From Antedon mediterranea (taxonomy: Eukaryota > Animalia > Echinodermata), in assembly GCF_964355755.1 (NCBI RefSeq), contig NC_092671.1, positions 7,688,001-7,752,000 of the forward strand: a stretch of DNA of 64,000 bases, written 5' to 3'. The notes under the pieces are model-generated. The model was given only the letters and a program-made list of their open reading frames with translations. It made no database searches and was not told where the DNA came from. Both the position numbers and the translations under genes were made by a program. This document shows positions 1 to 11,998 of the stretch, piece after piece. Each line of letters starts with the position of its first letter. The first letter of the stretch is position 1.

Positions 1-1070
1 AAATCTTTCCTGTACTATATGTCTCTGACAACCATACATCCTGTATTATCTAATAAAACTTTTTTTTTTATTCTTTGGAAATCTAATCTATTGAATTATC
101 TGGAATGTACTGTCATTATATGGTATTGGTACTATCTTTACCTACTGTACCTGAACAAACCTACAATAGCCTATTATTAAACCAGTGAGGAGAAAACCAT
201 CTATAAGAATAAACAAACAAAACTATTGTACAAATTGACCACTCACCCACATGTATAGAGTAATGGGTCATACAGTACAATGTGTACATAAAACTCATAT
301 AAAGAAACATATTAATATTTCAACTGACAGTACCAAGTAGGCTCAATTTGATGGCCACCTCAAGTACAGATTTAAAGCTACTGTACTGTAGGTATACATA
401 CAGTACATCCATTGCTAAAATAAATCATGCGCTGTGAGCTTGTGCTTAAAGCACAAAGTAAACATATCCCAGTGAAAAAAAATTCTCTTTACACAAGGAT
501 AGCATCCGATTCTATTAAATAAATAGTAAAGTCTATTTATCTATTGGCCCCTGGATTATATTTTAATAGCAGAACACAAGAAATATGGAGACAACCTGCT
601 CTACCAATGCAAACGATACAGTTATTCCAGTACAATCCAAAAAGAGTTTTGCATTATAAAACACAATTACATATTACATATATAGTAAGGAAAGCTTTCT
701 TTTTCACAAAAACCTATAAAATGTTTATTAATTTTAATCTTACAAAAGATAGTCAAAAGAAATGGTTCTAATATATTGAATTAAAATAATTTTATGAATG
801 GCATTCTACAGTATAATCTTAATCCAGTCTGGGTCAATAGTTGCAGTTTACAATTATACAGTACTATATAACAATATGAATTAGGGCAACCGAACTTCTG
901 TATATTTCCATTACACACCCACTTCACCTGAATACAAAGGAAGGAATTCCTGGACCAGCACACATGTAAATTATATGGACGAATTAACTTTACTGTACTG
1001 TAACTGTAAGAATTGATATCTTCATAACAGTGTACACTAACTATTATGAGGACTAATTTATGAATAAATA

Positions 1071-1226
1071 AGCACGGATTCAGGCTGGGGCTAAACAGGC
1101 TTTAGCCCCCATCCCCTAAAATATCTTTTAAAAATAAATTAATGACTATTTCTATATGCAACCCTACATTTTTATCGTTTATGAAATATTAAGCCCCCCA
1201 AATCTATAAAGCTGGATCCGCCCCTG
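1071..1226. mobile_element. hAT-like MITE relic
   Basis: Right end CTGGATCCGCCCCTG, degenerate left end GCACGGATTCAG, GC-rich subterminal runs. Confidence 0.55.
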
Positions 1227-2218
1227 TAAATGACTGTCCAATCACTATACTATATGTACCTCCCTGGCCAAACAGAATTAGATCATTTTGAGGCTGACAA
1301 CCAAGGATGTACAATAATGTGCTGGGCGTGTTTGGACAGCAACCCCCACCTTTAAAGTCTTCAGCCTACTATACCACAGCCTAATTTAACCACGGAGGAA
1401 TTGTATTTTAACATAGTACCCATCCAAGAAAAATCTTGATATTTAAAAAAGTACCTTTAATACCACCCATCCTACTGTACAGTATTGTTCTTTTATGTTC
1501 AAGTATGAAAAGTATGATTCATTTGCAGTAACAAATAATCTCTCATCCTTCTAAATAAAAATGTCAATCAATAACTACATAATATCGCCCTTATAAATAT
1601 TAATGAATGAAGGGGCAACCAATGGTGTAAATATTGTTTTATACAAATCATCTTCTGTACAGTAAAAAATTGCAAAAAGTAATTTTACTAATGGCATTAT
1701 GAATTAAATAATGCCTGGTAGATTACCAGCAATATACGTTAGGTCTATGCACTTTATTTATTTGCAAGTTCATTTTAGCGGAATATTGTTTAAATTTTAT
1801 TATTTATGTTGTTATCTCTGTTCTTATTTCAATCATACACACTGTCTGTGCATGTTACCATTTAAGTTATTGTAAATGTAGAGTATGATTATTCTATGTA
1901 TTGAAAAGTTTCTAAATAAATGTTGAATGAATTAAAAAATGTACAAATTTGGTATCCATATTTGAAAAGATTGTTTGACGCTGATGGTGCTATGGTATTG
2001 TCTTAATGGCGATAGTAATACATAGTCCTTATATTTCACTAGCTCACCAAGCATAAAATGACAGTATGTATACTGTAGTAGTCCACAGGCCTAATGATTT
2101 GGACATTGGAATAATATTAAACCACGGCCTGAATAGGATTTTTTCTAAGCTAATTCACAATATCAACCCGGTGTCATACTGTAGTCATTTTACTAACCAT
2201 AAAACCCAAACAATATTA

Positions 2219-3027
2219 CCGTATATTTCGGTGTATAAGTCGCACTTTTGACACGCAAATTTGACCTCTAAATTAAGGGTGCGTCTTATACACCGAACAT
2301 AAATGCCTCACCATACAGATTGTACATAGGCCTAGGCCTAGGCTATCGTCACCTCGTTTGCTAGGCCTGAGTAGGCTAGGCCTAGCTAAAGTAACTAACT
2401 AACGTAACGGCAACCTGCTTCTGCCTAGTTTTCAAGGCATTTTAGCATGATGTTATACTAAAAATATGATGAAAAGATTTGTTCATTATGGCGATAAAAT
2501 TTCATTTGTAAACGTTTACGTACGATTGGAATAGTATTTATTTATACAGTAGTTATACGCACGATCGCCGTACCCCCAGCGCAAGCCCTTCTTGGCGGCC
2601 ACATGGTGTACGGTATTCGACTAGTATATTCTCCAGGTGATTATAGCATGGACCTAGCGTACACACTTCTCGGATACATAGATACTAATCGAATACGATT
2701 GTCCGTGAAAACGTCCGCCCTCTCGAAATGATCGAGCGAGGCTAGCCCACATATACGTGTTACACACATGGTCATGCACTCGATGTTGCGGCTGTTGAGG
2801 CTGGGCGCGGCCGAGCCTAGGTAAGAAAAAACCTAAATAAAGGACGCCGTTGCAGATATAACAAAATATATTATTACAATAATATTGATTACAATTTAAA
2901 AAAACATTGTTTTGATGAAATATAAGGTGCGTCTTATACACCGACGATATAAAAAATACCGATATTTTACTCTCAGTTAGGGGGTGCGTCTTATACACAG
3001 GTGCGACTTATACACCGAAATATACGG
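2219..3027. mobile_element. Non-autonomous Tc1/mariner-superfamily (pogo/Tc2-like) element
   Basis: Perfect 27-bp TIR CCGTATATTTCGGTGTATAAGTCGCAC, TA target duplication, internal repeats of GGTGCGTCTTATACAC, no transposase. Confidence 0.9.
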
Positions 3028-3434
3028 TATGCATTCAACACTCTAAATAAACTAACGGTGATCATATATGGTTCCTGTCCATCTCATTAAACTCAGATTC
3101 ACAGGGCAGTATACATTTTATGACTAAACACAAGCACCCTTATAGATTAAAAAAATGACCAACTGCAAAGTATTAAAATATGCAATATGAACAATAGACC
3201 TTGTTTCTAGTGAGATCTATTGTGGTACAGTAAAACAGAAAATGTATTGTCTACTAGCATTAATAGGATATTTGTGATTGGTAACGTAATATAATATAGT
3301 AACTGTTCAATCCATCATGGGTAGACTAGCACAAACTAATCGTTGACAAATGTTTTCATAAATTGAATTTCACAAATATGATGTACGGTAGACATTAATT
3401 CATCAAAAAGAATATTTAAAACAAATTGTCTCAC

Positions 3435-3720
3435 CACTATTGTTATAATATCCTTCGAAATACTGTAGGACGTAATGTTTTACTTATGAATGATGGATGA
3501 CGTCGTCCCATCAAAGACAGTGGAATTGAATATTCAACAATATTACAGTATAGTTATCACTTATTATACAAAAGCAACGATCAACCAGATTCGTTTTACA
3601 CCCCCTGCGGCCCTAAAATTTCACCCATGAGTCACCGATTGTGGTATTCAACTGTTGTTACATTGACCTTTATATTATTGTTGGAGGAGACGAGGACCAC
3701 ACTCAAAGTTACTTATTTTA
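3435..3720 (-). other. Candidate 5' UTR exon with short uORFs
   Basis: Acceptor TTTGTTTGTTATCAG, donor GTG|GTGAGA, locally higher GC/CpG, no ORF running through. Confidence 0.4.
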
Positions 3721-4650
3721 CTGATAACAAACAAATTTATAAATTGTTTACACTGTCAACAATTTATCTTTGATACCATTAAATAATATAAATATTGTTT
3801 ACTATAGATATTAGTTTAAGGAGAAAAAAAACATCATTTTTCTCAGAATATTTAAGTTAAATACTGTTTGGTTTTATAATGTACAGGAGATAATAATAAA
3901 CAGTAGCCTACTGCACCAATACTGTGCAAACATTATTAATAGTTAAAACTACAGTAATCAATCATTACACCCAGATTAAAGCTATTAAATAACTAATAAA
4001 TTATCAGAATATCAATAAAATATCATACAGTAGATTAGATTAGAAACTCCAAAGGCCAATTATTTTTCCGCGCCAAAACAAATGTTCTGTAAGAGCCCAT
4101 TTCCGCTGCAACAAATAACCGATTAATACTGTACCATGTGAATAAATTACTCCCTATTTATTGTGCAGCAGAAAATAGTCAGTTAAAAACAAAGCACAAA
4201 CCTAGCAGAAATGCGATTTTTGCTATCAATTTTCATCAAATAAAAGTTTGAATTTTGCGTTAGGTAGCAGAAACAGGTACTGCAGTAGAAGAGAAAATAT
4301 GCAGACATTTTGGTTTTTATACGTTAGTTTTTCTTTTCAATTTTAAACGCTTGTAGCAAGGTAACGCTTGTAGATTTCACAAACTAATGAGGTAAGTCAG
4401 TAAAACAAGGCAACCTGAAACTTATCAAACAAATGGCAACCTAGGTGTAGGGTGTTGTGAATGACCCTTTTGCTAATTAGCTTGTCTCTTGCTATTCAAC
4501 AAGATCCTCCTTGTTGAGAACAAACAGTGCATTAAAATATTTAATTCTAAAGCACAACAAATCATAAATCTAATTGAAAAAGAAGAATGCATGTCATTTT
4601 TGTTGATATTTGTTTCTTTACAAAGTATAGGATTTTGCTACAGAATAATA

Positions 4651-4823
4651 CAAGGCCATAGCGCGAGGTTAAAAACAGATGAGGCAAAGATGCTTTAAAA
4701 ATAATTATTAATATAAAATATGACGATCTGTGTTGGGGAATTGGGGGAGGGGGAAAGCCATGAAAATTAAAAGTTTCAGACGATGCGAGTTACCTTGTCT
4801 GCCTCATGCTGGATACGGTCCTG
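4651..4823. mobile_element. hAT-like MITE relic
   Basis: Degenerate termini CAAGGCCATAGC / GGATACGGTCCTG; no TSD seen. Confidence 0.35.
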
Positions 4824-7499
4824 CAATATCCTTATAATAGAGAAATAGCAGGTTCAAATCAGTCATCATTTGTAGATGGGGAAATAAGCTAACTTTTGTA
4901 ATAACACAAAACTAATACATTTATTGTAGTTTGGCCAAATCAGTTGGTAGATCCAGGATTTTGAAATAGGGGTGTGATAGGCTTAAATAATTGTCAAATG
5001 AAGTGCTAAACTCAATCTATTTTTTTATCAACTCTCTCAAAGCAGAGATCGGAGAACCAATGCACTTTTGTGTTTCTGGTCATGTTTCTCATCCAGTAAT
5101 CTTTTCTCAAATATTCATTACATAATATTGGAAACTACAAATTAATGCACTAAATACCTAACTGTCTATCTTGTCAATATTAGTTGAAATACTGTACATT
5201 TTGTATGGTTCTGTTTTTTCAAACATGCGTTAATAAAAAGCTGGATGGATGGAGGTTTTGAAGTGTGATTCAGCCTTGCTTTAGGAATACCACACAATAC
5301 CTTTGCTAAGGTTCACCTATTGTTCAATTCACACGTACATGACAAAAGACTCAATTGGGTAATCATGGATTATGCAAATTACATGCCTTCTACGGATATC
5401 ATATTTTAAAATTAATTTTTAAAGCATTTTTACAGTATAGTATTTAGTAAACATATTCAATAACATGGAGGAATTCCCTCCATTAGGCTATAATACATAT
5501 ACAGTATAGTATGTATGTATAGTATGGATATAACATTATGTGTAGTGCTATTATAATGTATTGTAAGTAACCAGAGCCATATTTAAAAATCTAGACAATA
5601 AACATATGGGAAACATCAAATTTGGCGAACATTCTATCAAATTGAAAAAGTTGCTTTTGTTTATAAATATTAAATATAAAGCTTTCTATCAATCTTTTTC
5701 TAATAACACAATTTCATAGCATATGTTCTAGTGGGTGTGTAACGCAGAATAACTCTACCTTTGTACCAAGAGTCGTTAAATATTAAATTAAGATACAGAG
5801 TTCAAGATATTGAGCTGATTATCTCTGTTTACATAGTACCACTGATTGTAAACCTGGGTTAATATTCTATAAGGCATTTAACATACTTAAAATTAATTAT
5901 TTTGCCAGATTTTTTACCAAATTCCTATGTACGTTATACATTTGGTCTGTTAATTTTTTAAAAGCTCAATGTTGTTTAAATAATTAGAGACTATATTTCA
6001 AAATGAAATTTTGTTATTATAAAACTGTGGGTAACAATATTCTATAAGGCATTTAACATTTCAAAATTGCTTATTTTGCACGATTTTTGTGTTGCACTGT
6101 ATAACAATACCAAGGTCATGTATAAGACTCATTTATAAGCAGACTTCTAATCAATATTATTGCAATGAAACACATCATACAGTAAGTAAATATTTAACAC
6201 AATTTAACGATACTTTTAAACATGAATCATTCATTAACTAATGTTCCAGTACAATACATTGCAGGCCTGCATTATACTAACTTGGAATGTCTGGGCACTC
6301 ATTTATCTGTGCAGAGAAAATATTTGTTCAATGAATAATAATCAAACATAATTTTAAAAAATGATCAAATGCGCGTACAGATATCTTGAAATTTGCTATA
6401 TAAATGAGTTTTTAATTAATTTTGAAATGAATCAAAAGATGGCAGTTGATTTTAAAGAGAGTATGCAGCAAAGAAAAATGTATGCACCGTAAGTCTTAGC
6501 AAGTAAACTTGGGACAGCAATGATGATCAGAGGAGTGAAGGGCGACGAGATGGAACAAGTTGGGAAAAATAAAGTTATAAGCTTGAAGATACAGGTTTTT
6601 TAATGGGAGGCCAATGAATGCCAATGGTAACCGGAGTGATGAATTACTGTCCCTGATGTGTTATTTTATTTTCTGTAAATGTCCTTAAAATATAGGGACA
6701 ACAAAGTTATCAGTATAAACTGCGATTGTTTTGTTACAAAAATTAAAAGTTAATTAAAAAAACATCTGAATTCAATTTATTTATCTGAAATATTGATAGA
6801 AAATTAGGATTGTCAGTTAAACTCATTAACATTAATATTCAAAATGTGTAGGCCTATGTAATTTATAATCCTGACTGTATTTCAGTAATTCAATTGTAAT
6901 TACCTCCCACATGAGAATAATAAAAATTGTTTTAATTTTATAATTAAATTATTTATCAGATTTCTACGTGCTATGAAAGCTGACCTACTGTAAGGTCCAA
7001 TGCAGGACATGGTATGGAAGCATATTATGGTCCCACTGGAGTGAATTATAATTTAAGAGCTGTTATCTGGCTTAATATTTAGTAAACAGATATTATAAAC
7101 ACAACAGGCAAAGAACATTAATTCTAAACCGCCCGGTGATATACTGAAATTTAATTAATTAATTTGAAACGATAAAGATGAGGAAATCTGTGAGATTGAG
7201 AAAAAGTATAAATTATATCAAAATAGAGAAATAAAAATAGTGTAGTGAAAATAAAATTCTTCCATATGGTAGGCTTAGCTTAGTTAGCATATCTTATTAT
7301 GAAGACCACTTGTTGAGTATCGTGCTAAAACTGTATGTACTACTGGATTCAAATAAAAAGGGCTGTTACCATTTTGGTCCTTACAAATAAAATGTGTGTG
7401 ATGGATAAAATAGCATTGTAAAATAAAACATAATAATATAGTAGTTAACAAAAGAACTAACACTTAACATATATCATCATACACTTAGTATCAGAAGAG

Positions 7500-7700
7500 A
7501 AGTTCCCAGTTTCATTTTCCCTAGCCTACGGGTTTCCGTTACTTACGCGCACCGGAAACAACAACCATCACCTTTTGACAGCCACCCGGTATACCAAAAC
7601 ATGGCAAGTGTGGTGCTAAGCACAGGTGAAACTGGGGGTAAGAACATATAGGCCTACACACTGCAAAACATGTACATAATATCAAGCTTACCTGATTTTT
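7500..7700 (-). promoter_or_regulatory. CpG-rich promoter/first exon of an unidentified gene running left
   Basis: ETS-like CCGGAAAC, YY1-like AAAACATGGC, consensus donor GTAAGT at 7546-7541. Confidence 0.5.
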
Positions 7701-7816
7701 CTACACGGTTTACCGTCTCTTAGTTACTATATACATTCACATTGACCGAAAGTCGCTTGGGAATGACGAGAGATAGCAATATATATTCGTTATGAGATTA
7801 TCTCCTTCTCTACGAA

Positions 7817-8146
7817 CTACCTATCGCGGTAGAGCTCGCGTCTTCTTCGTCTATGAATGGGCGGACCGACTACCACGGAAGTATATGATGTCAAAGGTTG
7901 TGTGATCATACAGGTGTACAAAGGCGGTATTGAAGCGCCTACTGAAATAAATTCGTTTTCACTTGCATTTCCTTCAAATAATAAAGACGCATTCTTAATT
8001 AACAATAATATATCTAAGGACGTTTTATTTAAACATTCGATATCTTCATGGACCATTGTTGTAATGTATTGAAGATGAGGAGACCTTTCCGTTTTTGTTA
8101 GTGAGGATAAGTCAGAGTAGGCTAGATAAGAGAGGCATTTGGCCAT
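7817..8146 (-). CDS. Unknown 109-aa ORF (first coding exon or uORF of a neighbouring gene)
   Basis: ATG start, long for this AT content, in a CpG-rich region, Arg-rich C-terminus; donor CAG|GTAAGC at 7692; no family recognised. Confidence 0.4.
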   Translation of the reverse strand: MAKCLSYLAYSDLSSLTKTERSPHLQYITTMVHEDIECLNKTSLDILLLIKNASLLFEGNASENEFISVGASIPPLYTCMITQPLTSYTSVVVGPPIHRRRRRELYRDR

Positions 8147-9387
8147 ACAACATCGTACTTAAAATACATTTGTCATTGGCAAAGCGTTACTTACTAATAA
8201 ATCATAAATTAGGCAAAATAACTATATATATTTTTTTGTAGATTAGTAATTTGGCCATACAAAATTTGAAAATGTAATTTTTAATATAATTATTTTTTGA
8301 TATTAGGCCTTTTTTAAAGCGACTGGGAGGAGCGCGAAGTCAACAAGTCAAGTTAATTAATACTCCTCAATCAAGAAAGCTTTTCTGTGAATTAATATCG
8401 CATGCTTGATTATAGCAAAACAAATAATCTCACGAACAAAATCGTTAGTTAATTAAAATCATTTATTACAAAAGAAAAAAAGTAACCAAATATCGTACTA
8501 AAACATCTAAGTTTGATTCTTCACGCAATGCCTAGGAGGCGCTATACAAATTATCTAGGAATAAGATTACAGTTATCGTATACGTAATTTTAATTTTATT
8601 AATTTTTCTTTTATTATTTTTAACCTATAAACAAATTATTTGGGAAATTCGTATGCTATGCATTTCATCTGTTATTAAAAAAAAGCGTAATATTGTTTCA
8701 ATAATTAGGCCAATATTTCAAAATGAAATTGTTTTATTCAATTAATCATACCTACATTTCAAAAAGAACTAAACAGTTTTTCTTGGAAACTATTTCTTAG
8801 CTTTCGGTTTTGCCCAATCGATATTCGCAATTAACTTTACAATAACATTTCCATATTCCGAAAAATGATAATTTAGAGTTCAAGACAAAATAATGCTTAA
8901 CTGGGTTTAAGCCTGAACTTATATAAATATGGATTTTCCGTTTTCCATTTATGTAACCGCGGTTTCTTTATATTTTCCAGATACTGTTTTCAAAACACTC
9001 GCTTTTGAGAACCGCGAGTTGCTCTGGATTAACTCGCTCAAAAATCTGCATATTCAACAATCTGGTGAAATCGTTCAGCCATCTTTTCGTATATTTTTTT
9101 CTTTTTCTTTCGAGTTCAACCAAACTTGCTAAAGAAAAAACAAACGACAAACAAACAAAACAAAAAACAAACAAGCACAAATAATACACAATTGAAAACA
9201 AAATAATCTAAAACCGAATCAATCAAGGCAAAACGTTCTTATTCATTCAACTTAGAAATAAATCATATTCATGTTAATATTGTTATTGTTTCATAATCTT
9301 ACCAACGTTACGGTTTTTGTATTTTACCTTTTTCTTCTAAGCTTGTTTTATGTTATCATTATATCAAACTTTTAGTGGACCATCTAA

Positions 9388-9500
9388 TTAAAGCTTGGTT
9401 TTGAATGACACGCGGCGCGAGGGACCAGATTGTCGTTTTTCGTTGGTCAGTTGCGTTGCGTTTACAGTACGTCCTTGCGTTGCGTCTGAAGTAAAACCAA
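9388..9500. mobile_element. Degenerate family B-related MITE
   Basis: TAAAGCTTGGTT start and TTGCGTTGCGTT..ACGTCCTTGCGTTGCGTC segment similar to the 40909 copy. Confidence 0.55.
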
Positions 9501-10632
9501 AATGAAAGGAGAGGAAAAAAAACTTTCGCTTTCTTAAATTTTGCCCGAAAGAAATTTGAAAGAAAGATAAACAAATGTGTTTTTAATTGTTTGACTGATT
9601 TATCCTGGTCAATGTCACGAGAAGATATAAATAAACAAAAATTATATTTATAATGTTTAATAAGTATTTATATCAATAGAACAATTATTTTATAAAATGT
9701 TTTTATTAATTCAACGAATCTGTTTAGACACCATAACAATGACAAAGAAAATATTTGTGTAACCCACAGTACGATGTATACGCAAAACTCTCCAATTCGT
9801 TTTAAAATAAATTAAAACAAAGTATATTTACATTTAATCACATTAACAACACAGCACTTCAAGCTTCACTGTTACCCTACACCTTATGCAAATTTTTATT
9901 TGCATAAATTTAAATTGCACGCTTCACTGAGTTTCATAGCTATTTACAGTTTAATAACATCTAATTATTAATACAATATTAATATTTACTAATGCATTTG
10001 TTAATGCATGTCAATTAATTAATATAAATAATAAACATTTATTTTATGTATTAAGTAAAATCGATAATTATTAATTGTTAATTCTTGGTTTAAAAATGTA
10101 ATAAAAGGTATACTTAAATTTAAAACTCAAAATTATATTAATTAAACTGTAATATATTCAAACAATAATAATAATTAGAAAACATTTATTTACAAAACAG
10201 CACTCATTTTAAATGGGAGATAAAAAAACTAAATAATAAAGAACATTTGATTTACATTCATAAGGGATAATAAAAAACATATTTACATAATTATAATTTG
10301 TATTAGTTTAGGTACATTTTTGGTTAGCAGTCTATCTATATGATATAAAGGCTTTAATTGTAATACTACCATGGCCTTAGAAGATAGTGTTTTTGATGTG
10401 CGAGAGTTTTCTTCATCCAATAAGGCCTTATTTCAAATTATACTTGAATCTAATTTCCACCATGGTATTGTGGGTTTGCACCGTGTCTATCCACTCCCCT
10501 GGACATTAATATCTTGACAAGTGTACTTTTGTTGCATGAATTTTTACAGCTAAATACAGTAACTAAATATTTCTTTGTTTACTATACTGTACATATTTTA
10601 CAGAAAATAAATTAATATGACAATATGAACAA

Positions 10633-10638
10633 TTTATT
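10633..10638 (-). terminator. Candidate polyadenylation signal AATAAA of THSD7 (3' UTR about 1.25 kb)
   Basis: TTTATT on + strand, followed on - strand by U-rich sequence; other AATAAA exist in this AT-rich DNA. Confidence 0.4.
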
Positions 10639-11877
10639 CATTTCTTTATATCTATTTTATATTTATACACAAGCTGTAACATTATTTGTGATTGATCTGT
10701 CCGAAAGAAAGTGTGTTTTGGTCAAATTAAATATTGGTCCTAATAAATAAAAATACAATTTTACAAATAATGTATGAACTAATATTATTTATAAAATACA
10801 CACAATTTTCTTTAAAATTGCCGAAAGGCAAATATGTTTGATTTGAATCAAACAAATAATTAATATGTATTAATTGCTGAGCGATTCAATAGTTTAAGTG
10901 TCCATTCTGATACACTCTATAGTTCTATAAATGCATAGGTCACAAAATACCAAACCCACTATAGCAAACATGTATGTTGAAAGTCACAGTGGAAAAGTTC
11001 AACAATGTATATTGGTCGATTTATGACATGTCTGCTTGATATGTCACCTTCTATCTATAAAAATGATTTTCAAGTGTCCCTAAGGAAGGGTTCTTCTGTG
11101 TACATCTTTGTCCATGTCCTTAGTTGCAGCAGCAGAGTAAATGTTGAATGTAGAATTCCAATAGGATGCAATACGAAAGCTTAGGTACAGTGCTTTCACC
11201 ACTGACTTGCCGACTAAATTTAGATTCACTACGTCTATGATGGTCAGCGTGTCTTGGTGTATACCATCGACTGTATTAAGAAATTATTTTCTTCACTGTT
11301 GCTTAGTTGGTCCTTTAGTGTCTATCTATCATTTAGTGTCTTTAGTATCTAACAGATCTTGACAAATCATCATTTTCAAAAGCACAGTCAGCTTTTAGCC
11401 TGGTTTTCAAATCTAATTGTCTGTTCTTCTAAAAGCCTGTCTTGGCATATTATACAGTAGCAAGTGTGAATGATTCTCTTCTTTGTCACCTAATAGGCCA
11501 GCTAGCGTCTATCATAAACATATCTTTCAAAGATTTTATTATAAGCTGCGACATATTAAACATTTAAAATTGTAGTCTGGTTTGCAGATGTAATTGTTGT
11601 CCTTGCAAATATAACATTTTCTAGCTTTTCTAAAGTGTAACTCTTGTAGTCAGTATTAGACCTCTCAATTACTACAAAACTTGCATAATGTCTTGAGATC
11701 AGCACCGTCTTTGTATGACCTCAAGTAGTGTTAATAAACTCATATAACTATAACTATAATAAATGTTAAAAATACAACTATATACGGCAAAACAAAAGAC
11801 TTGGAGGTCTGAAATATTATCCTCTACCATCACACTTCTTTCAAAAACTATTAAACTGCTCAGCAATCAACCGTATA

Positions 11878-11998
11878 TCAGACATGAACACCATCCATAT
11901 ACTTCCTTTTGGCTGTGTCATCCCAGTAAATAGAGTGATCTAACTCTAAATGTTTCTGTTGTAGAGTTGGTTGCTTGTTTTTCTTTTGTTTTCCACAA
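11878..11998 (-). CDS. THSD7A: THSD7 coding exon 25 (cytoplasmic tail, stop)
   Basis: CGKQKKNKQPTLQQKHLELDHSIYWDDTAKRKYMDGVHV, TGA at 11880-11878. Confidence 0.88.

Noticed and set aside
6130-6683. Possible exon or C/D snoRNA (TGATGA..CTGA)
   Set aside because: Box spacing too short and no terminal stem or guide; acceptor plausible but no donor or ORF found.
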